6,148 nt of DNA, taken from Candidatus Auribacterota bacterium (GTDB lineage: Bacteria > Auribacterota > UBA6266). The notes under the pieces are model-generated. The model had not been told where the DNA came from, did no database searches, and saw only the letters and a list, made by a program, of their open reading frames with translations. Shown piece after piece: positions 1 through 5,450 of the stretch. The number at the start of each line of letters is the position of its first letter. Within the stretch, counting starts at the first letter, position 1. Made by a program: the position numbers and the translations under genes. The stretch spans positions 1 through 6,148 of the forward strand of contig JAGLRQ010000138.1 of assembly GCA_023136205.1 (NCBI GenBank), written 5' to 3'.

Positions 1-1055
1 CCAACCTTGTGCTGGATAGCCCCGGATATTCCGCAGGCAATATATATTTTAGGGCATACAGTTTTTCCTGTTTGCCCGACCTGATGAGAATAAGGAATCC
101 ATCCCGCATCCACAGCAGCCCTGCTGGCACCAACAGCCCCTCCAAGGGCCTTAGCCAGATTCTCAATCAAATGAAAATTCTCAGGGCCTTTTAGAGCCCT
201 GCCCCCGGAGACAATTATATCAGCTTCAGCCAGGTTCACCGTAGCTTCCAACTCCTCCACAACTTTTAAGACTTTTGTGCGGGCTTTTGTATCCCCTTCT
301 GAAACTTTTATCTTTACTATATCCCCTTTCCTTTTTTGATCAGGAACAAGCTCCTTCATAACCTTGTGCCTGACTGTAGCCATTTGAGGACGATAGTCTT
401 TACACAAAATTGTAGCCATTATATTTCCGCCAAACGCGGGCCTGGTCTGAAGAAGAAACCCTGTTTCTCCATCAATTGAAAGCTCTGTGCAATCGGCAGT
501 AAGGCCTGTCTTGACTTCAACAGCTACTCTCGGAATAAGCGCTCTTCCTATCGAGGTAGCTCCGGTAAGAACTATTTCAGGTTTTTTCTCATTGATTATT
601 TTGGTAAGGATTTTTGCGTACGCTTCGTCAATGTAATTTTCAAGGTTTTTATGTTCCGCTACAAAAACTGTATCAGCACCGTGCTCAACAAGCTTTTTTG
701 CTTCGTGATGGACATTGTTACCAATCAAAACAGCACAGAGCCTGCAATTCCTGTCATCGGCAAGTTTTCTGCCTGCGCCCAAAAGCTCATAAGAAACCCC
801 CTGGATTTTACCTTTTTTCTGTTCGGCAACTATCCAGACATCTTTATATGACGACAGATCTTTAGTAGCGCCTTCATGATGTACCCTCATAATAATCGCA
901 TCAAATTTACATGCTTCAACGCATGCCCCGCAAAGAGTACATTTTTCTTCAATGATGACCGCAACCTTGTCACGCATTTCTATTGCGCCGAAAGGGCACG
1001 AACCAACACAGAGTTTACACCCTACACATTTTTCCAGTTCAATCTCTATTCCCAT
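1..1055 (-). CDS. etfA: Electron transfer flavoprotein alpha subunit (EtfA) fused to an N-terminal 2x[4Fe-4S] ferredoxin domain; 3' end runs off the window
   Basis: The minus-strand frame is open from the ATG at 1055..1053 to the window edge. I checked all 351 codons and found no stop, which explains why it is absent from the start-to-stop ORF track. An in-frame TAA at 1068..1070 fixes the start. The translation begins MGIEIELEKCVGCKLCVGSCPFGAIEMRDKVAVIIEEKCTLCGACVEACKFDAII. It continues through ...KDVWIVAEQKKGKIQGVSYELLGAG...RPAFGGNIMATILCKDYRPQMATVRH...AVGASRAAVDAGWIPYSHQVGQTGKTVCPKIYIACGISGAIQHKV. The last stretch matches the EtfA FAD-binding signature (IY-I/V-A-x-GISG-x-IQH). Confidence 0.92.
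   Translation of the reverse strand, partial: MGIEIELEKCVGCKLCVGSCPFGAIEMRDKVAVIIEEKCTLCGACVEACKFDAIIMRVHHEGATKDLSSYKDVWIVAEQKKGKIQGVSYELLGAGRKLADDRNCRLCAVLIGNNVHHEAKKLVEHGADTVFVAEHKNLENYIDEAYAKILTKIINEKKPEIVLTGATSIGRALIPRVAVEVKTGLTADCTELSIDGETGFLLQTRPAFGGNIMATILCKDYRPQMATVRHKVMKELVPDQKRKGDIVKIKVSEGDTKARTKVLKVVEELEATVNLAEADIIVSGGRALKGPENFHLIENLAKALGGAVGASRAAVDAGWIPYSHQVGQTGKTVCPKIYIACGISGAIQHKV
882..1055 (-). other. Ferredoxin-like domain with two 4Fe-4S cluster-binding motifs, at the N-terminus of EtfA
   Basis: There are two complete CxxCxxCxxxC motifs. The first is C10-VG-C13-KL-C16-VGS-C20-P (codons 1028..996). The second is C39-TL-C42-GA-C45-VEA-C49 (codons 941..909). The spacing is typical of a bacterial 2x[4Fe-4S] ferredoxin. 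A short linker (HHEGATKDLSSYKD) follows before the Etf fold starts. Confidence 0.88.
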
Positions 1056-1070
1056 TCTTAATGCCTTTTA

Positions 1071-1850
1071 TTATACAAAGCCGTTCTGTATTTCATTCAT
1101 AAGCTCTGCGACAACTTCATCCGCGGTACCTTTAAAAATTTTGCCGCCCTCTTTTTTAGGCGGGGTAAAAATTTTCATAACCCATGTCGGAGAACCATCA
1201 AGGCCCACCTTGCCGGTATCAATCTTTAAATCTTCGGTGGTTATAATCTTTATTTCCGACTTCTTTGCCTTCATCTTTCCTTTAAGAGAAGGCAGCCTGG
1301 GTTCATTTATTTCTTTCACAACGGTCAAAAGGACAGGCAAAGTTGACTCAACAACCTCATATCCTTCTTCCACCATTCTTTCGGATACAATTTTGCCATT
1401 CTCAATTTTTTCAATTTTCTTTACATATGTTATCTGTGGTATATCCAGATGAGTTGCAATACCCGGGCCTACCTGGGCCGTGTCACCGTCAATAGCCTGT
1501 TTGCCGCATATAATTATGTCATAACCTATTTTTTTAAGCCCTTCGGAAAGAGCAAAGGATGTAGCCAGCGTATCCGAACCCGCAAAAGCCCTGTCACTCA
1601 GAAGTACCGCTTCATCAACGCCAAGTGATATAGCTTCCCTCAGAGCCGCTTCCACCTGGGGAGGCCCCATGCTTATCACGGTAACTTTACCGCCGTACTT
1701 TTCCTTTATTCTTACGCCTTCTTCAATAGCATACATATCAAAAGGATTAATGATACTCGCAACCCCTTCCCTTACCAGAGTATTGGTCTCAGGGTCTATT
1801 CGTATATCGGTAGTATCGGGAACCTGTTTTATGCAGATAACGATATCCAC
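1071..1850 (-). CDS. etfB: Electron transfer flavoprotein beta subunit (EtfB), resembling the clostridial bifurcating type
   Basis: This is a 259-aa ORF starting MDIVICIKQVPDTTDIRIDPETNTLVREGVASIINPFD, a canonical EtfB N-terminus. It also contains VISMGPPQ and GKQAIDGDTAQVGP. The start codon is GTG (plus-strand cac at 1848..1850). AAGGAG at 1866..1861 lies 10 nt upstream. The start overlaps the upstream ACAD stop codon by 1 nt. Confidence 0.93.
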   Translation of the reverse strand: MDIVICIKQVPDTTDIRIDPETNTLVREGVASIINPFDMYAIEEGVRIKEKYGGKVTVISMGPPQVEAALREAISLGVDEAVLLSDRAFAGSDTLATSFALSEGLKKIGYDIIICGKQAIDGDTAQVGPGIATHLDIPQITYVKKIEKIENGKIVSERMVEEGYEVVESTLPVLLTVVKEINEPRLPSLKGKMKAKKSEIKIITTEDLKIDTGKVGLDGSPTWVMKIFTPPKKEGGKIFKGTADEVVAELMNEIQNGFV

Positions 1851-3004
1851 TAAATTGAAGCTCCTTCTTTAATAATATTCATCGCGATAATTCCCCGCTG
1901 AATCTGATTGGTCCCTTCATAAATCTGTGTTATCTTCGCGTCTCTCATCATTTTTTCAACGGGATATTCTTTCATATAACCGCTGCCGCCCATGATCTGG
2001 ACAGCGTCTGTGGTAACTTCCATGGCTGTATCAGACGCAAACATTTTTGCCATGGCTGATATTTTTGCTACATTCTTATCACCGGAATCAACATCTCTGG
2101 CCGACTGGTATACCAGTGTTCTTGCCGCTTCAATCTTTGTAGCCATGTCAGCCAGCATAAACTGGATTCCCTGGAAAGAAGCAATCGGTTTTTCGAATTG
2201 AACCCGTTCTCTCGCGAATTTCACAGCTTCTTCAAAGGCTCCCTGTGCAATACCAAGAGCCTGGGCTCCAACACCGGGCCTGGATTTATCAAACGTTTTC
2301 ATGGAAACCATAAAACCCGCGCCTTTGCGCCCAAGCATGTTTTCCTTAGGCACTTTACAGTCCTCAAATACCAGTTCGCTTGTCACCGACGCCCTGATTC
2401 CCATTTTATCTTCTTTCTTTCCAAAGGAAAATCCTTTCGTTCCTTTTTCAACAATAAACGCCGAAAGGCCCCTGGCCCCTTTCGCTTTGTTTGTAGCAGC
2501 TATGATAGAGTATATTTCAGCTTCCCCACCATTTGTTATCCATTGTTTTGTCCCGTTTAACACATAATAATCTCCGTCTTCAACAGCAGTTGTCTGAATT
2601 CCACCCACATCGCTTCCCGCGTTGGATTCAGTAAGGCCAAAAGCCGTGAGTTTTTTACCGGCAGCTATATCCGGAAGGTATTTTTTTTTCTGTTCGGCAG
2701 TTCCATATAAAAGAAGAGGATAGGTTCCCAGGCCGGTTGCCGCAAATGCAAGAGCAATACCACCACAGTATTTGCTTAAGGTCTCTGTAGCTATGCACAT
2801 CTCTAAACATCCGCCGCCCATACCGCCGTATTCTTCAGGCAGATAGACACGGAATATATCAGATTCAGACAATATCTTTACTATATCCCAGGGAAACTCC
2901 CCTGTTTTATCATACTCAGCTCTTACTGGGACAATTTTTTCCTTGCCGATTTTATCGCATATTTCCCGTATCATCAATTGTTCTTCAGTAAATTCGTAAT
3001 TCAT
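1850..3004 (-). CDS. Acyl-CoA dehydrogenase, short-chain/butyryl-CoA dehydrogenase (Bcd)-like flavoprotein
   Basis: The ORF-track product is 388 aa from the ATG at 3016. I place the start at the second ATG (3004), because GGAGG at 3014..3010 lies 5 nt upstream of it and Bcd-type proteins begin M-x-F/Y-x-(L/F)-T-x-EQ, here MNYEFTEEQ. ACAD hallmarks are FGLTESNAGSD, KQWITNGG, GIRASVTSELVFEDCKVP and a C-terminal KITQIYEGTNQIQ. The catalytic base Glu sits in the MCAD/SCAD position (codon 1918..1916). Confidence 0.9.
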   Translation of the reverse strand: MNYEFTEEQLMIREICDKIGKEKIVPVRAEYDKTGEFPWDIVKILSESDIFRVYLPEEYGGMGGGCLEMCIATETLSKYCGGIALAFAATGLGTYPLLLYGTAEQKKKYLPDIAAGKKLTAFGLTESNAGSDVGGIQTTAVEDGDYYVLNGTKQWITNGGEAEIYSIIAATNKAKGARGLSAFIVEKGTKGFSFGKKEDKMGIRASVTSELVFEDCKVPKENMLGRKGAGFMVSMKTFDKSRPGVGAQALGIAQGAFEEAVKFARERVQFEKPIASFQGIQFMLADMATKIEAARTLVYQSARDVDSGDKNVAKISAMAKMFASDTAMEVTTDAVQIMGGSGYMKEYPVEKMMRDAKITQIYEGTNQIQRGIIAMNIIKEGASI

Positions 3005-3009
3005 AACGT

Positions 3010-3014
3010 CCTCC
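3010..3014 (-). promoter_or_regulatory. Shine-Dalgarno sequence (GGAGG) for the ACAD gene
   Basis: The plus strand reads cctcc at 3010..3014, which is GGAGG on the coding strand. A 5-nt spacer (ACGTT) separates it from the ATG at 3004. Confidence 0.7.
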
Positions 3015-3021
3015 ATAGAAA

Positions 3022-3077
3022 AAGTTATTAGGTTATTGAGTTATTAGACAACCAATAACTTAGCAACCTAATAACCT
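3022..3077. repeat. Imperfect dyad built from phased 8-bp GTTATT units (three direct plus three inverted); on the transcript it forms a long AU-rich hairpin followed by UUUUUC
   Basis: The plus strand at 3024..3075 reads GTTATTAG GTTATTGA GTTATTAG acaa CCAATAAC TTAGCAAC CTAATAAC. The outer units (3024..3034 and 3065..3075) are an 11/11 perfect inverted repeat. The inner AGTTATT/AATAACT pair is 7/7, and the middle units match 5/8. In the minus-sense RNA the stem is followed by UUUUUC (3023..3018), then directly by the ACAD Shine-Dalgarno sequence. Confidence 0.8.
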
Positions 3078-3081
3078 GTAT

Positions 3082-4326
3082 TTATCCTTCAAATTTCTTA
3101 ACAGCCAGAGTGGCATTGTGCCCGCCAAATCCCAAGGAATTTGAGAGAACTGCCTTTACTTCAACTTTCCTCGCCTCATTAGGAACATAATCAAGATCAC
3201 AGTCGGGATCCGGGGTTTCGTAATTTATCGTAGGAGGGATAATCCCATGTTTAATAGTCATTGCGGTCGCAATTAATTCGGCGGCACCCGCCGCTCCAAG
3301 TAAATGTCCCGTCATTGATTTTGTGGAGCTTACGGCAAGTTTTTTTACATGATCACCAAATACAGCTTTAATCGCCGCGGTTTCACATTTGTCATTTAAT
3401 TTTGTAGATGTCCCGTGAGCGTTTATATAATCATAGTCGTCCTTATTAATTCCGGATTTTACAATTGCCATTTCCATCGCGCGGGCGGCGCCTTCACCGT
3501 TTGGCGTCGGAGCCGTGATGTGATGCGCATCCCCGGAAAGCCCGTATCCTACCATTTCACAGTAAATTTCAGCGTTTCTTTTTTTAGCATGTTCCAGTTC
3601 TTCAAGAAGAAGAATCCCTGCTCCCTCTGACATTACAAAACCATCTCTATCTTTGTCAAAAGGCCTGCTTGCTTTCTCCGGTTCGTTATTCCGAGTTGAA
3701 AGAGCCCTCATAGCGCAGAAGCCGCCGAAGCCTAATACCGTCAGAGCTCCTTCACTTCCACCTGCCAGCATGGCATCAGCATCACCATCCCTGATTACTT
3801 TCCATGCCTCGCCCAGTGAATGAGCGGCGCTTGCGCAGGCTGTTACCACACACATGTTGGGGCCCTTGGCCCCGACAGCAATAGATACATGTCCCGCGGC
3901 AATGTTTGTAATCAGTTTTGGAATGAGGTGAGGAGACATCCTCTTAGGGCCTTTCTCAACAAAAATCGTATGTTGTTCCTGCATTGTTTTTATGCCGCCA
4001 ATGCCTGACCCCGTATAAACACCAACCCTGTTAGGATCGGCTTTATTCATGTCAAATTCGGCATCTTCCATAGCCATTTTCGCGGCAGCAACGGCATAAA
4101 GAACAAATTTTTCCATTTTCCTTGATTCCCGTGGTTCTACATATCTCGCAGAGTCAAAGTTTTTTATTTCGCCCCCTATATGGGAATTGAATTCCGCGGG
4201 ATCAAAATATGTGAGACGGGCAATACCGCTTTTTCCTTTCAGAAGAGCATCCCAGTATTCTTTAAGATTATTACCGTTCGGAGCAATAACACCAAGGCCT
4301 GTAATTACAACACGCTTGTGATTCAT
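3082..4326 (-). CDS. fabF: 3-oxoacyl-[acyl-carrier-protein] synthase II (KAS II)
   Basis: This is a 414-aa ORF of the KAS I/II family. The active-site Cys is in VVTACASAAHSLGEA (C164). The catalytic His residues are in NAHGTSTKLND and MTGHLLGAAGA. The C-terminus has NSLGFGGHN. The gene sits immediately downstream of acpP, as in canonical fab operons. A GAGG lies about 12 nt upstream of the ATG. Confidence 0.95.
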   Translation of the reverse strand: MNHKRVVITGLGVIAPNGNNLKEYWDALLKGKSGIARLTYFDPAEFNSHIGGEIKNFDSARYVEPRESRKMEKFVLYAVAAAKMAMEDAEFDMNKADPNRVGVYTGSGIGGIKTMQEQHTIFVEKGPKRMSPHLIPKLITNIAAGHVSIAVGAKGPNMCVVTACASAAHSLGEAWKVIRDGDADAMLAGGSEGALTVLGFGGFCAMRALSTRNNEPEKASRPFDKDRDGFVMSEGAGILLLEELEHAKKRNAEIYCEMVGYGLSGDAHHITAPTPNGEGAARAMEMAIVKSGINKDDYDYINAHGTSTKLNDKCETAAIKAVFGDHVKKLAVSSTKSMTGHLLGAAGAAELIATAMTIKHGIIPPTINYETPDPDCDLDYVPNEARKVEVKAVLSNSLGFGGHNATLAVKKFEG

Positions 4327-4350
4327 AATCTATAAATTCCTCGTAATAAC

Positions 4351-4396
4351 AGGGCATCTCAAGTTCGTAATGTAAAGGAACGAACTGAAATGCCCT
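4351..4396 (-). promoter_or_regulatory. Stem-loop in the acpP-fabF spacer (possible partial terminator, attenuator or mRNA-stabilising hairpin)
   Basis: AGGGCAT (4351..4357) pairs with ATGCCCT (4390..4396), 7/7. The inner AGTTCG (4362..4367) pairs with CGAACT (4381..4386), 6/6. A small internal loop separates the two stems. On the transcript the hairpin is followed by GUUAUUACGAGG, which is only a weak U-tract. Confidence 0.45.
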
Positions 4397-4412
4397 ATGA
4401 TTTTTATAAATG

Positions 4413-4649
4413 TTATTTCTGGTGACCCTCTATATATGTTACAACATCACCGACTTTTTTTAGTTTTTCCGCTTCTTCGTCAGGTATATCAGCATTGAAT
4501 TCTTCTTCCAAAGCCATAACGAGCTCAACGGTATCAAGCGAGTCAGCCCCGAGATCATCCATAAAAGACGAATCATTTGTTACTTCCTCGGCGTTAACAC
4601 CAAGTTGTTCAACAATAATTTTTTTTACTCTCTCCGCGACTGATGACAT
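4413..4649 (-). CDS. acpP: Acyl carrier protein
   Basis: This 78-aa acidic protein contains [19 protein letters not shown], including the DSL phosphopantetheine-attachment serine (S37). It lies between fabG and fabF. A strong Shine-Dalgarno sequence is present upstream. Confidence 0.96.
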   Translation of the reverse strand: MSSVAERVKKIIVEQLGVNAEEVTNDSSFMDDLGADSLDTVELVMALEEEFNADIPDEEAEKLKKVGDVVTYIEGHQK

Positions 4650-4654
4650 TATCT

Positions 4655-4659
4655 CCTCC
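4655..4659 (-). promoter_or_regulatory. Shine-Dalgarno sequence (GGAGG) for acpP
   Basis: The coding-strand sequence is AGGAGGAGATAATG. GGAGG lies 5 nt upstream of the ATG at 4649. Confidence 0.75.
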
Positions 4660-4693
4660 TTTTAAAATGAATATCAGTTATTTTCTAATTACA

Positions 4694-5437
4694 TTATGCC
4701 ATTACCATTCCACCATCAACTACAATAACCTGGCCGGTCATATATGATGAAAGTTCAGATGATAAAAACAATGCGGCGTTTGCTACATCTTCCGGCTTCC
4801 CTAAAGTATTAAGTGGAATAGCTTTTAACATCTGCTGTTTTACTTCATCTGAAAGAACATCTGTCATTTTCGTTTGAATAAATCCAGGTGCTATGGCATT
4901 TACATTAATACCCCTGGATGCCAATTCACGGGCACCTGTTTTTGTTAGGGCTATAACACCCGCCTTGGACGCGGCGTAATTCGCCTGCCCGGCATTTCCC
5001 ACAATACCGATTATGCTGGCAATGTTAATTATTCTGCCCGAACGCTGCTTCATCATAGGGCGGCTTATTGCCCGCATAAAATTAAAAACGCCCTTAAGAT
5101 TAACGCTGATAACCGTGTCCCAGTCTTTATCTTTCATACGCACCAACAAAGTATCTCTCGTCAGTCCAGCATTGTTAACGAGTATATCTATTTTACCTGT
5201 GTTGTCAAGAATTTTGTTAACAGTTTCATCGACGTTTGCCGTATTTGACACATCACACTTACAGCAAAACGTCTTTTGCCCCATTGCTTCGATTTCCGAA
5301 GCCGCGGATTTTATAGTTTCTTCAACCACATCGCACAATGCTATGTCGGCCCCTTCAGAAGCCAGTTTGAGAGCTATTGCTTTCCCTATACCCTGGCCGG
5401 AACCTGTAACTAAAGCAGTTTTTCCTTTAAGCAGCAT
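4694..5437 (-). CDS. fabG: 3-oxoacyl-[acyl-carrier-protein] reductase (classical SDR)
   Basis: This 247-aa ORF has the classical SDR motifs: TGSGQGIG (Gly-rich loop), NNAG, and the catalytic Ser...YAASKAG (YxxxK). Its length and its position between fabD and acpP are typical of FabG. Confidence 0.9.
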   Translation of the reverse strand: MLLKGKTALVTGSGQGIGKAIALKLASEGADIALCDVVEETIKSAASEIEAMGQKTFCCKCDVSNTANVDETVNKILDNTGKIDILVNNAGLTRDTLLVRMKDKDWDTVISVNLKGVFNFMRAISRPMMKQRSGRIINIASIIGIVGNAGQANYAASKAGVIALTKTGARELASRGINVNAIAPGFIQTKMTDVLSDEVKQQMLKAIPLNTLGKPEDVANAALFLSSELSSYMTGQVIVVDGGMVMA

Positions 5438-5442
5438 ATTTA

Positions 5443-5448
5443 CCTCCC
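5443..5448 (-). promoter_or_regulatory. Shine-Dalgarno sequence (GGGAGG) for fabG
   Basis: The plus strand reads cctccc at 5443..5448. A 5-nt spacer separates it from the ATG at 5437. It sits in the 13-nt gap after the fabD stop codon. Confidence 0.75.
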
Positions 5449-5450
5449 GG

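Noticed and set aside
952-1452. A 166-aa plus-strand ORF. Similar plus-strand ORFs occur at 9..194, 614..865, 651..851, 876..1061 and 1669..1872.
   Set aside because: All lie entirely antisense to the strongly recognisable etfA and etfB coding frames. Their translations are low-complexity (rich in S, F, I and T) with no recognisable motifs and no ribosome-binding sites. They are typical shadow ORFs of an AT-rich coding strand.
2681-2689. A nine-nucleotide homopolymer (T9 on the plus strand, A9 in the ACAD mRNA), considered as a possible slipped-strand or phase-variation site.
   Set aside because: It simply encodes KKK in ...AEQKKKYLP... within an intact, conserved ACAD frame. AAA lysine runs are expected in AT-rich genomes, and similar A6-A7 runs occur in acpP and etfA. 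Nothing in a single sequence indicates length variation.
3024-3075. The octamer array considered as a CRISPR array, MITE or other mobile-element remnant.
   Set aside because: The units are only 8 bp long and directly abutting with no spacers, and the whole array is 52 bp. There are no flanking target-site duplications and no transposase. It does not fit any of these classes.
3017-3081. A possible independent sigma70 promoter for acd-etfBA inside the spacer, for example TTGCTA or TTGGTT as -35 with TAATAA as -10.
   Set aside because: The best candidates match only 3-4 of 6 positions per hexamer and sit at non-optimal spacing (15 or 19 nt). They would leave almost no 5' UTR before the Shine-Dalgarno sequence. 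This is not supportable from sequence alone.
4327-4412. A possible fabF-specific promoter in the acpP-fabF spacer, with TTTACA as -35 inside the hairpin loop.
   Set aside because: The only downstream -10 candidate (TGTTAT) is 19 nt away and matches 4 of 6 positions. The -35 candidate is buried in the stem-loop. The idea is too weak to call.
4343-4683. Recurrence of the GTTATT core outside the dyad, considered as a shared regulatory word. GTTATTAC occurs on the minus sense at 4350..4343 upstream of fabF, and GTTATTT on the plus strand at 4677..4683 upstream of acpP.
   Set aside because: A 6-7-mer made of A and T plus one G is expected by chance in AT-rich intergenic DNA. The orientations also differ. 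It is not significant without a genome-wide count.
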